From a bacterium (GTDB taxonomy: Bacteria; SAR324; XYD2-FULL-50-16): a stretch of DNA of 64,000 nucleotides. The DNA lies in the NCBI GenBank assembly GCA_032250835.1, contig JAVVEA010000007.1:32001-96000 (forward strand). The letters run 5' to 3'. This document shows positions 1 to 10,010 of the stretch, one piece after another; within the stretch, counting starts at the first letter, position 1; the number at the start of each line of letters is the position of its first letter. Below the pieces are notes generated by a model. That model did no database searches. It had not been told where the DNA came from and was given only the letters and a program-made list of their open reading frames with translations. The translations under genes and the position numbers were made by a program.

Positions 1-674
1 TGGAGCCGGCTTAGGGCCAGGATAGTTTCGGGCGTCAGCTCCGCAGGGTGGGTGAAGTGCAGATTCATCAAGGGACGGAAGCGGCCCAACAGCTTGGCTA
101 AGTCGGGCGTGATCCGCTGAGGCAGTACCGCAGGGGCCTTGCTGGAAAAACGCAAAAACCGGAGATGTGGGATCTCCTGGAGCGCCGAGAGGACCGACCC
201 CAAGGCCTCATCCGAGAGCATCAAGGGCTCCCCGCCAGACAGAATGACCTCTTCAATCTGGGGCTGCTCGGCGATCCACTGAATACCCTGAGCCCAATCA
301 GCGGGCCCTAGCTTCGAGCTGGCCTTACCGACCTTGCGTGAACGGGTGCAATAGCGGCAGTAGACCGGGCAGTGGGGGGAAAGCAGTAGCAACGCCCGGT
401 TGGGATAACGCCGCACCACTGCGGGCACCGGAGAGTCGGGTTCTTCGGCCATGGGATCGGCCAACTCATGGACGCCAAATTCCAGTTCACGGGCATCGGG
501 CAGGATGGTCTTGAGTAAAGCGGGGTGTTGGGCGCAAAGCTCGGCGTAGTAGGGCGTTACGCCCAAAGACAACCGGTCTTCGAGGCGCGGGTCTAAGCTC
601 AGCCCAAAGCGGGCCGAGAAGTCATGGGTGCCCTGAAGGCGTTGCTGTAACTGGGATTTCCAGGAATCGGGCAT
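1..674 (-). CDS. KamA-family radical SAM protein (lysine 2,3-aminomutase/EpmB-like), truncated by window edge
   Basis: Manual translation from ATG at 674: MPDSWKSQLQQRL...DPMAEE.DSPVPAVVRRYPNRALLLLSPHCPVYCRYCTRSRKVG, with CxxxCxxC and the KamA-type VILSGGEPL motif. Missing from the ORF track because it runs off the window. Confidence 0.85.
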   Translation of the reverse strand, partial: MPDSWKSQLQQRLQGTHDFSARFGLSLDPRLEDRLSLGVTPYYAELCAQHPALLKTILPDARELEFGVHELADPMAEEPDSPVPAVVRRYPNRALLLLSPHCPVYCRYCTRSRKVGKASSKLGPADWAQGIQWIAEQPQIEEVILSGGEPLMLSDEALGSVLSALQEIPHLRFLRFSSKAPAVLPQRITPDLAKLLGRFRPLMNLHFTHPAELTPETILALSRL

Positions 675-680
675 AGGGGC

Positions 681-710
681 AAAAAAAAAGGGGGCCAAAG
701 CCCCCTCTTT
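681..710 (-). terminator. Rho-independent terminator
   Basis: Minus strand GGGGGC-TTTG-GCCCCC followed by T9. Confidence 0.75.
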
Positions 711-731
711 CCTGTGTCTCGCCACCTAAAA

Positions 732-932
732 TCAGGCGGGCATTTCCAGGCGGGTGCTTAGCGTTTGGGTCGTTTGATGGCGGGGGCCGTAGACCCGCTC
801 GCTCATCTCATAAGCTTTCTGATAATACTGGTTCGCTTCTTTGATCCGTCCCATCTTGGTCCATTGGTCACCCAATTTGGACCAGTACATCACCAAGCCC
901 GGTGAGGGCTGCATCTTCTTTTCGCCGTACAT
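732..932 (-). CDS. Small single-TPR (TPR_10/12-like) protein, 66 aa
   Basis: GGAGG RBS just upstream of ATG; LG..W...G...EA..YYQKAYEMSERVYGPRHQTT resembles a kinesin-light-chain-type TPR; followed by a terminator. Confidence 0.6.
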   Translation of the reverse strand: MYGEKKMQPSPGLVMYWSKLGDQWTKMGRIKEANQYYQKAYEMSERVYGPRHQTTQTLSTRLEMPA

Positions 933-1001
933 ATTCCTCCAGGTTGTGGAGGGCCCCTGTGGCCCCGTTTCCCTGGATTATGCAAAGGGCGTGCACAATA
1001 T

Positions 1002-2015
1002 TTAAGAAAAACGAATACGGGGATCTACCGCCGCCAAACATAGGTCGGAGAGGATGTTACCGAGCAAAAAAATCAAGCTCGTCAAAAAGAGGCTCCCTAA
1101 GACCACCGGATAATCCCGCTGGGTCACCGCCTGAAAACCCAAAAGCCCCAACCCATCGATATTAAAAACTGTCTCGATCAAATAACTGCCCGTAAAGACC
1201 AAGCTGATGTTATTGCCGAAGCTCGCCGCCAAGGGGATCAAGCTATTGCGCAGGGCATGGCCCCAGATCACCTTGCGCGGCGGTAGGCCTTTGGCAAAGG
1301 CGGTGCGTACATAATCGGCCGAGAGGTTTTCCAATAAGGAGTTTTTCATCAAAACGGTCATCGAGGCAAAGGCCCCGATCAGGTAACAGGTCAGTGGCAA
1401 GATGCTGTGGTAGATCACGTCCCAGACCTTTTCTAAAGGCCCCATCCGGTAAAAGCGAGGCGAGGTAAAACCCTCCATCGGGAACCACTCCAAGCGCCCG
1501 CCGAAGACCACCACCAAAATCAACCCCAACACAAAGGCGGGGACCGCATAGCCGGTAAAGATCAGGATGCTGGTCGCCGAATCGACCCAGGTCTTGTCCT
1601 TGACCGCTTTCAAGACACCTAAGGGGATGCAGATCAGGTAGGTCAAAACCGAGGTGACCACGCCGTAATAGAGGCTTACCGGGAGCCTAGCTTTGATCAA
1701 GTCCCAAACCGGCTCGTTGTAACGATAACTTTCGCCTAGGTCCAAGGTCGCCGTGCGGCCCAACCATTCGATGTAAGCCACTGGAATGGGTTTATCGAAG
1801 CCATAAATTTGGTTGAGGTAGGCAATATCCGCTTCGGTCAATCCTTCACGCGCACCGGCTCCGCCCTTTTGGTTTTCGGCGAACTGGCGCTCCATCAACA
1901 ACTGCTCCACGGGACCACCGGGCACCACCCGCGTGATCGCGAAGGTCAAGAGGGTGATCCCGATCAGCGTCGGGAAGATCAATAAAAAGCGGCGGATCAG
2001 GTATTGGCGCATCAT
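1002..2015 (-). CDS. Peptide ABC transporter permease (YejB/OppB family)
   Basis: YLIRRFLL..PTL.GIT..TF....PGGP N-terminus; EAA loop DYVRTAFAKGL; RDYPVV; DPRIRF end. Confidence 0.92.
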   Translation of the reverse strand: MMRQYLIRRFLLIFPTLIGITLLTFAITRVVPGGPVEQLLMERQFAENQKGGAGAREGLTEADIAYLNQIYGFDKPIPVAYIEWLGRTATLDLGESYRYNEPVWDLIKARLPVSLYYGVVTSVLTYLICIPLGVLKAVKDKTWVDSATSILIFTGYAVPAFVLGLILVVVFGGRLEWFPMEGFTSPRFYRMGPLEKVWDVIYHSILPLTCYLIGAFASMTVLMKNSLLENLSADYVRTAFAKGLPPRKVIWGHALRNSLIPLAASFGNNISLVFTGSYLIETVFNIDGLGLLGFQAVTQRDYPVVLGSLFLTSLIFLLGNILSDLCLAAVDPRIRFS

Positions 2016-2118
2016 GGCAAGGCTCCTTTGGGCCCATCCTAAGACAAGCGACGGCTACTGGCAAGCTTGAGCGCACCAAGGCTTTGCCAAATCGAGCGTT
2101 GAGGGTTACAAAAGAGGC

Positions 2119-3213
2119 ATGGAACCCAAAACAACCTTATTGGCCATCAACACTCGCTGGTGGAACGCCGAAGCGCACTATGCCTTTAACTTAGGGCTAG
2201 CGCTGCGGGCCCAAGGCCAAGCGGTGGCCTTTTTGTGCAACCCCGGCAGCCCGGTGCACCAACGGAGCCTAGCCGAGGGCTTTGGCCAAGCCGAAGGCCT
2301 GTTGTTAGACGACCACAGCCCCAGGGTGCAGCTGCGTAATTATGGGCGGTTGCGCCAAGAGATCGCTCGGCTAGGGGTCCGGCGGGTGGTGAGCTTTAAG
2401 TCTTCGGGCTCTTGGATCTTTTCTTGGGCTAAAAACCGGCTGGGAATCCAACATATTAAATTACGCGGCGAAGCCCGCAAACCCTCGAATAACCTAGGCA
2501 ACCGCCTGCTCTTTGGCCCCTGGGGAGCCGACGGGGTGCTTTGCGCTGGCCGCAGCCTGCAAACCTGGGTCGCCGATTTGGGCCTGGGGCCCCAAAAAAT
2601 GGGCACCCTTTATTATGGGGCTCCAGAACTAAAGGATAGCGGGCAAGAAAATCCCTTAAACCTGCCCGAAGGGAAACAAATTCTCTGCCTCTTGGGCCGA
2701 AACCAGCCGGTCAAAGGGCACCAAGTCTGCCTAGAAGCCTTTGCGCTGCTAGACCGCTCAGACCTGCACCTGCTTTTTTTGGTCAAGGATTTAGCCGAGT
2801 TCCCCGAAGAGTTGGCGGCGATTCAAGGCAAGATTGAGTCTTTGGGCTTACAAGAGCGTGTGACCTTGGCAGGGCCCATGCCCAATTTGGCGCGCCTGCT
2901 GGACCAAGTCACTTTGGGGCTGGTGCCCAGTTTGGGCAGTGAAGTTAATTGCCGGGTGGCGGTGGAGTTTTTTTCCCGCTCCGTGCCGGTGGTGGCCTTT
3001 CCGGTCGGGACCCTGCCCGAATTGATCGGCCCAAAAAACGGGCGGCTTTGCAGCGATTTGAGCGCTGGCGCTCTGGCCCAGTCCATTACCGAGGCGCTAG
3101 TAGAGCGGGACTCCCTGGGCCTACAGGCCCGCCAGGACTACCTAAAGCACTACTCCTTAGAAGCCCTGGGACAAGGTTTTATGGAATATATGGCCCAATG
3201 GGGGCTAGAGTGA
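2119..3213 (+). CDS. Glycosyltransferase family 4
   Basis: GT-B motifs GR..PVKGH, PSLGSE...RVAVE, PVVA..VG..PEL. Confidence 0.85.
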   Translation: MEPKTTLLAINTRWWNAEAHYAFNLGLALRAQGQAVAFLCNPGSPVHQRSLAEGFGQAEGLLLDDHSPRVQLRNYGRLRQEIARLGVRRVVSFKSSGSWIFSWAKNRLGIQHIKLRGEARKPSNNLGNRLLFGPWGADGVLCAGRSLQTWVADLGLGPQKMGTLYYGAPELKDSGQENPLNLPEGKQILCLLGRNQPVKGHQVCLEAFALLDRSDLHLLFLVKDLAEFPEELAAIQGKIESLGLQERVTLAGPMPNLARLLDQVTLGLVPSLGSEVNCRVAVEFFSRSVPVVAFPVGTLPELIGPKNGRLCSDLSAGALAQSITEALVERDSLGLQARQDYLKHYSLEALGQGFMEYMAQWGLE

Positions 3214-3281
3214 ACGGATTTTGCATTTTCCTCTAAGAGCGGCCCTTTGTGGCCCCACCCTAGCCAACCTAAAGGGCCTTT

Positions 3282-3716
3282 ATGATGAAGAAAGCGATCC
3301 ACCTGTTCCTAATGTTTGCCTTGGTCCTTACCTTGGCGGCTCCTCCGGCTCAAGCCCAAGACGAAGGCCCCCCGGCCTTGCGGACCGTAGCTTTGATGTC
3401 CTTAGGCGGCGGCGCAGGCGGCGCGGTGTTGGGCGTGATGGTTTGGTTGCTCGACCCGCTAAACCCCTCGGCGGACTTCACCCACTCGACCTTGACCGGC
3501 TTTGCGGTAGGCACCATCGCCGGGGCCGTATTCGGCGGGATGATGTTGCAGTCCCAAGCGGTGCTGCCTTACCAAGCACCGGCCGCGCCGAAGCCCAGCG
3601 AGTTTGACGGGGCCATCCCCATGGGCCAAGCCAGCCCGGCTATGCCCCAATACCAGCGGGCCCAAATCGAACGGGGTCCCCTCCTGCCCATTGCGGCTTA
3701 TCAAATCCGCTTTTAA
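3282..3716 (+). CDS. Hypothetical exported/membrane protein with Gly-rich TM segments
   Basis: Signal peptide (AQA), two GxxxG-rich hydrophobic helices, C-terminal YQIRF. Confidence 0.65.
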   Translation: MMKKAIHLFLMFALVLTLAAPPAQAQDEGPPALRTVALMSLGGGAGGAVLGVMVWLLDPLNPSADFTHSTLTGFAVGTIAGAVFGGMMLQSQAVLPYQAPAAPKPSEFDGAIPMGQASPAMPQYQRAQIERGPLLPIAAYQIRF

Positions 3717-3732
3717 GCTGCCTCTGGGCTGC

Positions 3733-4374
3733 TCAAAAGACCAGACCGGCCATAAAACCACCCGTATAGGCAGTGGTGGCGGTATATTGCCGCTGGTAAC
3801 TGGACTGCTGGTAGTCCACGGTGGAACCACCTAGACCGCCCTCGTAGATAAAGCCCACAAAAAAGCTTCCCGAGAAGATATAAGTCAGATCAAAACCAAG
3901 CACCGGTGTACGGGCTGAATAGTCAAAGGACTCATCGGTACTTAAACGCTTGTTGGTACAGGTCAAGCTGAGGACCCCCGCACTGAGCGAAAAAGTCCAT
4001 TGGCTACGGGCCTGCGGCTTCTCTGAATACCATGTATGGTCCAGGGTTCCCAATTCACTGCTACATTCCCCGGAATAGGAAAATTCATCTAGGTTCGCCT
4101 CGTTATCGGAGGTGCTGCTCGTGAGCCGGTGACTGCCCTTGAGGTAGGTGATCGAAAGACGGTCCCCAGCGATCCGCACCCCAAACATCCCGCCGCTACC
4201 ATAGGTGAATGTGTCATCGCCAGGATTGGAAACCGCCTCATCTCGACTAAAAAAGACTCCTGGCCCAGAATCCACGGCAATAAGGCGTAATTCCAAGCGG
4301 CTTTCTTCGGCCCAGGCCGGAATACTCAGCCCTAAAAGTCCGCAAAATATAAGCGCATTTTTAAACCAATCCAT
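3733..4374 (-). CDS. Hypothetical exported protein, probable outer-membrane beta-barrel
   Basis: Signal peptide (AWA), alternating hydrophobic beta pattern, terminal Phe. Confidence 0.6.
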   Translation of the reverse strand: MDWFKNALIFCGLLGLSIPAWAEESRLELRLIAVDSGPGVFFSRDEAVSNPGDDTFTYGSGGMFGVRIAGDRLSITYLKGSHRLTSSTSDNEANLDEFSYSGECSSELGTLDHTWYSEKPQARSQWTFSLSAGVLSLTCTNKRLSTDESFDYSARTPVLGFDLTYIFSGSFFVGFIYEGGLGGSTVDYQQSSYQRQYTATTAYTGGFMAGLVF

Positions 4375-4517
4375 AAGCTTACCTAGTATAACTCAACACA
4401 GAACCACCTGCTTTTTTGAGAGCCTATTATAGGGCCTATTAAAATATCACACAATCAAAAAGGTCTTAAAGAGCTCGTAACCGTCGTTTGGCTGGGGCTT
4501 AGCAAACTCCTGCAATA

Positions 4518-4712
4518 ATTATTGCCGCCTCTTTTTACGAGGCTTTATAGTCCGCAACAAATGTGTTTAGTTATCCAGAAATTAAAACTTTGCGTTGTTC
4601 TCAGGGGATTCGCTAGGCAGGCACATGCCTACCGCGATAGTTTAGGCGAAAATACGCGGCCCTATCTGGGCCCCTAGGCCGTTATAGCGCGCCTGCCGAG
4701 TGCGGCAATAAT
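4518..4712 (+). ncRNA. Candidate structured RNA (6S-like rod) or MITE-like element
   Basis: 11-bp perfect terminal inverted repeat plus nested complementary segments down to an apical hairpin; immediately followed by a terminator. Confidence 0.4.
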
Positions 4713-4743
4713 AAAAAACGCCGCGCAGTTCGGGCGGCGTTTT
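4713..4743. terminator. Bidirectional terminator downstream of metG
   Basis: AAAAAACGCCGC-N9-GCGGCGTTTT. Confidence 0.75.
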
Positions 4744-4790
4744 CCTAGGAATCCAGATAGCATTCGGGAATGAATCTGGGGTCCTTGAGG

Positions 4791-6971
4791 TCAGCCCACC
4801 TTGCCGTTGGCGATTTGGGCGGAGTGGATTTCTTTGCCCGCTAGCATCAAGGCCCGCCCGTTCAGTTCAAATCGGTGTTCTTTGACGGTGAGCGGGGCGG
4901 CGAAAAAGTCGTCGATGCTGATCTCTTCGGTTTTGGCCTTTGGCTCTTCGCCTTCAAGATAAACCAACTGGCCGATCTCCGCTTCGGCCAAGTCAACGAC
5001 CTCTAACTTCTTCTTTTTCTCTACCGCCAAGACCATGCCCTGGCTTTGGACGCCGCGCAGGTTAGCGGCGGCTAAGTTGCTGGCCACCAATACCTTACGG
5101 CCCACCAATTCTTCGGCGGCGTAATATTTCACCAAGCCCGAGACAATGGTCCGGGGGCTGCCTTCGCCCAGGTCGATTTGCTCCACATACAACCGGTCTG
5201 CCTCGGGGTGGGGCTCACAGGAGAGGATTTTGCCCACCTTGATCTCGATCTTTGCCCAAGCTTGCATCGGGTCCACAGCCGGTTCGGCCTCTTCTTCCTC
5301 AAGATGCCGCTTGCCCGAGTAGCTTTCCTTAAGCTTCAAGATTTCTTTAGGGTCCAGTTTCTTAAAGAGCAGTTCGGGCAGCGCCGGGGTGACCGCTTCA
5401 AGGTGGGTCCAATGGCCCACATGGTCCTTCATATTGACCCCCTTCTGGCCGAAGAAAGCCAAAATCCTGCCCGAAGTCTCAGGCATATAAGGAGACAGCA
5501 GTTGGCCAATGTCATGCAACAAAAAGCAAAGCGCCACCAAGAGTTCCTTGGCTGCCGCCGGGTCTTCTTTGATCAGCTTCCAGGGTTCTTGTTCGTGGAA
5601 GTGCTTGTTGCCCAGCCGCCCCATAGCCAAAATGGTCCGCAGGGCTTCGCGTAGCTTGACCTCTTCTAGCTGGCCCATCACTTCGCCACCCAACCGCTTG
5701 ACCTCGGCCAAGAAGGGCTGCTGTCCCGGCGCGGCCACCAAAGGGCCTTCAAAGTTTTTGTGGTAAAAAACTAAGACCCGGTTGAGCAGGTTGCCGATGT
5801 TGTCGATGAAGTTGCTGTTTACATCCTCGATAAAACTTTCCCAGACAAAGTTGGCGTCTGCCGACTCGGGACGGATGTAGAGCAAATAAAACCGCCAGAG
5901 GTCAATGGGGATGTGCTTTTCTAGGTGGATAACGTCGGAGCCAAAGATACCGATACTGCGGCTTTTAGAAAACTTGCCCCCCTCGTAGTTGAGGTATTCG
6001 GTGCTGTTGATATGGTGTAGCAGGGTCCAATCGCGGCCGGTGCCGATCAGACTAGCCGGGAAGACCACCGTATGGAAGGGGATGTTGTCTTTGGCCATGA
6101 ACTGATACAGCCGCGTGCCCTTAGGATCAAACCACCAGCTTTCCCAACTTTCGGGGAAGCCCGCCTTGGTGGCCGAAATGTACCCAATCGGTGCGTCGAA
6201 CCAGACATAAAACACCTTGTTTTCATACCCTTCTTTGGGCACCGGCACCCCCCACTTAAGGTCACGGGTGATCGGTCGCGGCTGCAAGCCCCGGTCGATC
6301 CAACCCTGGGTAGTGGTCTCGGCGTTGGCGCTCCAATGACCCGCTTGATTAGAGGCCTGGTGCCACTCGGTCAAGGGCCCCTCGAGCTTAGGCAGGTCGA
6401 TATATAGGTGTTGGGTCTTTTGGGTGGTCGGTGCATTGCCACAAACCTGGCACTTGGGCTCTAGCAGTTCGGTGGGCTGTAATAGTTTACCGCAGGCTTC
6501 GCACTGGTCGCCGCGAGCCCCAGGGGTTTTGCAATGGGGGCAGATGCCTTCTACATAGCGGTCGGCCAGAAACATTTGGTCGTGCTCGCAGTAGGTTTGC
6601 TCTTGCTCCTGCTCGATCAACATCCCGCGCCGGTCCAAATCCAAGAAAATAGACTGCGTCACCTCCACATGCTCGGGGCAACTGGTACGGCCAAAGTAAT
6701 CAAACTGGATGTTAAAGGTCTTATACACCTCGGCGTGGATCTGGTGGTACTTGTCGCAGATCTCGCGCGGGCTTAAGCCTTCTTCGCGGGCTTTGTTTTC
6801 GGTCGCCGTGCCGTATTCGTCGGTAGCGCAGATGTAGAGGGTTTCATAGCCCCGGGCTCGGCAGTAGCGGGCGTAGACATCCGCCGAAAGGGTGGAGCCG
6901 ATGATGTTGCCTAAATGCGGGACGTTGTTGACGTATGGCAGGGCGGAGGTGATCAGGCGCTTAGTAGACAT
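4791..6971 (-). CDS. metG: Methionyl-tRNA synthetase with C-terminal tRNA-binding domain
   Basis: TSALPY...HLGN (HIGH), Zn knuckles, KFSKS (KMSKS), C-terminal OB/EMAP domain. Confidence 0.97.
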   Translation of the reverse strand: MSTKRLITSALPYVNNVPHLGNIIGSTLSADVYARYCRARGYETLYICATDEYGTATENKAREEGLSPREICDKYHQIHAEVYKTFNIQFDYFGRTSCPEHVEVTQSIFLDLDRRGMLIEQEQEQTYCEHDQMFLADRYVEGICPHCKTPGARGDQCEACGKLLQPTELLEPKCQVCGNAPTTQKTQHLYIDLPKLEGPLTEWHQASNQAGHWSANAETTTQGWIDRGLQPRPITRDLKWGVPVPKEGYENKVFYVWFDAPIGYISATKAGFPESWESWWFDPKGTRLYQFMAKDNIPFHTVVFPASLIGTGRDWTLLHHINSTEYLNYEGGKFSKSRSIGIFGSDVIHLEKHIPIDLWRFYLLYIRPESADANFVWESFIEDVNSNFIDNIGNLLNRVLVFYHKNFEGPLVAAPGQQPFLAEVKRLGGEVMGQLEEVKLREALRTILAMGRLGNKHFHEQEPWKLIKEDPAAAKELLVALCFLLHDIGQLLSPYMPETSGRILAFFGQKGVNMKDHVGHWTHLEAVTPALPELLFKKLDPKEILKLKESYSGKRHLEEEEAEPAVDPMQAWAKIEIKVGKILSCEPHPEADRLYVEQIDLGEGSPRTIVSGLVKYYAAEELVGRKVLVASNLAAANLRGVQSQGMVLAVEKKKKLEVVDLAEAEIGQLVYLEGEEPKAKTEEISIDDFFAAPLTVKEHRFELNGRALMLAGKEIHSAQIANGKVG

Positions 6972-7019
6972 TCCAGAGGTTCCTTCGCAAAAAAGTGGGA
7001 GCGGTGGAACCTCGGGACT

Positions 7020-9620
7020 TTAGACCGACGCCAAATCCACCAACTCAGTAGGTTCTAAAATCAAGATAATATCCCCGCTGCCCAAAATTGTCGAGCCGCT
7101 AATGCCGGGGATGCGGGTCAGGTATTGTTGCAGAGGCTTAACCACGATTTCTTGCTGGTTGTATAGATCGTCCACGATCACGCCCATCAGCTTGGTTCCC
7201 ACCTGCACGAAGACCACACTAACCACCCGGTCTTCTTCAAATTCCTTCTCCGGCAGTTCTAACAGCTTAGACAACCGCGAGACGCCAATGATCTCACCAC
7301 GCAGGTTGATCGCTTCTTTCTGCTTCAGTTGGTGCAGCTCAGACTCACGGATTTCGATGCTTTCTTTGACCGCTTCTAAGGGAATGGCAAACATTTGCCC
7401 CTGTTCGACCACCAACAGAGCGTCGATCACCGCCAAGGTCAAGGGCAGCAATAGCCGCACCTGGGTTCCCTGACCCGGTTCTGAGTCCACATCCACCGAA
7501 CCGTGGACCTTTTGGATATTGGTCATCACCACATCCATCCCCACCCCACGACCTGAAATATCGGTGACTTCTTCGGCGGTGGAAAAGCCGGGGTGGAAAA
7601 TGAAGTTAGCGATGGTTTTGTTGTCTAAAGTATCGGCCTGTTCGGGCCGCACCAACCCACGTTCAATGGCCTTTTCTAAGACCCGGGGTAAGTTCACGCC
7701 CGCACCATCGTCGATGATGTCGATCGCGATGCTGCTGCCAAGATGGCTGGCCTTGAGAATAATGTTACCCTGTTCGGGCTTACCGGCGGCGCGGCGCTTC
7801 TCGGGAGTTTCTACCCCATGATCGCAAGAGTTACGGATGATATGCACCAACGGGTCGCCGATCATCTCGATGATGGACTTGTCGATCTGGGTATTCTCAC
7901 CAACCATCTGCAATTGGATGTTTTTGCCCGTTTTGCGGGCAATGTCACGCACAATCCGGGGAATCTTTTGGAAGACCGTCTTGACCGGGATCAGGCGCAT
8001 CTCCATCAAGGTCGTTTGCAGGTCCTCACTGATCCGGTTAAAAGCGGACTCAACACCACGTAAGGTAGCGATTACCGTGCCGGGCAGGTTGGAACTGCTC
8101 AACTCGCCTAGGGTGTGGTTGAAGCTATTGCGCGCAATGATGAGCTCACCGATCAGGTTCATAAAAGTATCCAAGCGGTAAGAATCGACCCGCATGGTCT
8201 TTAGCTCGCTGGACTCTTCTTTTTTCTCTGCCGCCGGCGCACCTGCCTTTTTGGCCGGAGCCGTTTTCTTTACCGCCGGAACGCTTGCCGGGGCAGGAGC
8301 CCCGCCATTTTGGGCCTGTTGTTCCTTTAGTCCTTCTTCGCTCAGGCTGAGGTAGCGGTTCATCTCCGCTTCCAGTCCACTTTTCAGCAAAGTCGCCTGA
8401 TCTTTTACATCCGCCGCATTGGACTCTTCAGAAAGCACCGCCAAAACGATTTCTTCATATTGGTGGATCAGTTCCACCAACTGGGTGGCCCCGATTTTTT
8501 CAGCCGCCCCGCCGATAGTGCGCATGCTGCGTTGCAGCACCATCAGGTTTTCATGCCCAATGGTCCCTTGCACCAGTTCAGAACCGGCCACTTGCAGGGC
8601 GATGATGTGTTGGCTGCAGATGTTCTTAAAGGCGTCTAAGGGGCTGACCGCCTCACCCATAGCTCCTGCGGGAACGCTCGGGGTGGCCGGTTGTTCGGGA
8701 GCGGGGGCTTGCGGCGCAGCGGTTTCGCTGGAGGTCAAATACTTGTCGAGCAGGGCGATGGTTTCATCCACCTGGATCACCGAGATGTCTTCACCCATCT
8801 TGAGCATGAAGATCAAGGTACGCAGCAGGTCTAAGCTCTTTAACGTCAGATCGGCCAGTTCTGGGCTATAGGTGGCGCTTCCCTTGCGGATACGGTCAAA
8901 GACCGTTTCCATCTTATGGGCCAAGCGGTTGATCCGGCCAACGTTGACATAAGCGGCGGTGCCTTTGATCGAATGGATGGCGCGGAAGACTTCGTTGATC
9001 GCTTCGTTGTCGCCCGGCTCATTTTCCAGCTTGAGCAGGTTTTCTTCAATTGCTTGTAGGTGCTCTTCAGCCTCTTGGACAAATTCACCGACCAACTCCA
9101 TCACCATTGGGCCATCTTCTACCGGCGCTGCCGCCGGGGGCGGGGTTGGTGGGCTACCGGCCGAAGGGGCCGATTGCGGCTCAGCGGCTGGTTTGGGGGC
9201 GGCGGGCTTGGGAGCGCTGATGTCGTGGCCTGAATGGGCAGCGGCGATGGTCTCTAAGACCTCCATGGTGCCCGCCAATTCGTAATCGCTCTTTTGTTCT
9301 TCGACTAACTCAAAAACCATCAGTTTGAGCAGGTCAATTGCCGGAAGCAGGGTATCCATCAACTCTGGGTTGATCGACAGTTCCTCTTTGCGGATCATGT
9401 CAAAGATGGTCTCTAGCTTATGGGCCAGATGGTTGATCTCGTCGAGTCCCATGAAGCCTGCGGTACCTTTGATGGTATGCAGCACACGGAAAATCCCATT
9501 AACGATAGAAAGGTCCTCGGGGTTCTCTTCGATGGTTAGCAGATCGTTTTCGATCGCCTCGAAGGCCTCGTGGCTTTCCTCGACAAAGCCCTGGATTAAA
9601 TCATCCAATTCGTCCGACAT
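7020..9620 (-). CDS. cheA: Chemotaxis histidine kinase CheA with multiple Hpt domains
   Basis: HTIKG and HSIKG Hpt motifs, dimerisation domain, RNSCDHG/DDGAG/PGFST/GRGVGMDVV boxes, C-terminal CheW domain. Confidence 0.96.
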   Translation of the reverse strand: MSDELDDLIQGFVEESHEAFEAIENDLLTIEENPEDLSIVNGIFRVLHTIKGTAGFMGLDEINHLAHKLETIFDMIRKEELSINPELMDTLLPAIDLLKLMVFELVEEQKSDYELAGTMEVLETIAAAHSGHDISAPKPAAPKPAAEPQSAPSAGSPPTPPPAAAPVEDGPMVMELVGEFVQEAEEHLQAIEENLLKLENEPGDNEAINEVFRAIHSIKGTAAYVNVGRINRLAHKMETVFDRIRKGSATYSPELADLTLKSLDLLRTLIFMLKMGEDISVIQVDETIALLDKYLTSSETAAPQAPAPEQPATPSVPAGAMGEAVSPLDAFKNICSQHIIALQVAGSELVQGTIGHENLMVLQRSMRTIGGAAEKIGATQLVELIHQYEEIVLAVLSEESNAADVKDQATLLKSGLEAEMNRYLSLSEEGLKEQQAQNGGAPAPASVPAVKKTAPAKKAGAPAAEKKEESSELKTMRVDSYRLDTFMNLIGELIIARNSFNHTLGELSSSNLPGTVIATLRGVESAFNRISEDLQTTLMEMRLIPVKTVFQKIPRIVRDIARKTGKNIQLQMVGENTQIDKSIIEMIGDPLVHIIRNSCDHGVETPEKRRAAGKPEQGNIILKASHLGSSIAIDIIDDGAGVNLPRVLEKAIERGLVRPEQADTLDNKTIANFIFHPGFSTAEEVTDISGRGVGMDVVMTNIQKVHGSVDVDSEPGQGTQVRLLLPLTLAVIDALLVVEQGQMFAIPLEAVKESIEIRESELHQLKQKEAINLRGEIIGVSRLSKLLELPEKEFEEDRVVSVVFVQVGTKLMGVIVDDLYNQQEIVVKPLQQYLTRIPGISGSTILGSGDIILILEPTELVDLASV

Positions 9621-9636
9621 GGGGTACCTCTAAAGT

Positions 9637-10002
9637 TCAACCAAGCAGCATCTTGGCATTTTCGACCAATTGTTCGGCCTTAACGGGCTTAACCAGATAC
9701 AAATTCGCCCCTGCTTGGAATCCTTGCATCTTATCTTCGGCTTCGGCTTCTGTCGAGACGATGATGATGGGCACGTCTTTATGCACCTGTGAGGCGCGGA
9801 TTTCCCGGCAAAAGGTAAACCCGTCCATCTTGGGCATGTTGATGTCCACAATCATCAGATCGTAGTTCGCCTGCAAAGCTTTTTCCAGGGCATCATAACC
9901 GTTTTCCGCCTCGTCTACCGAAAACCCGGCGGACTTCATCATCACCGTGTGCAGGTTGCGCACAATTGGCGAATCATCGATGACCAACACTCTTTTGGAC
10001 AT
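9637..10002 (-). CDS. cheY: CheY-like single-domain response regulator
   Basis: IDD, DINMPKMDG, YLVKP receiver motifs within a che operon. Confidence 0.9.
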   Translation of the reverse strand: MSKRVLVIDDSPIVRNLHTVMMKSAGFSVDEAENGYDALEKALQANYDLMIVDINMPKMDGFTFCREIRASQVHKDVPIIIVSTEAEAEDKMQGFQAGANLYLVKPVKAEQLVENAKMLLG

Positions 10003-10010
10003 GGGTCTCC

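Noticed and set aside
4518-4712. Retron msr-msd interpretation of the inverted-repeat-flanked element
   Set aside because: No reverse transcriptase in the window, and the fold is a single rod.
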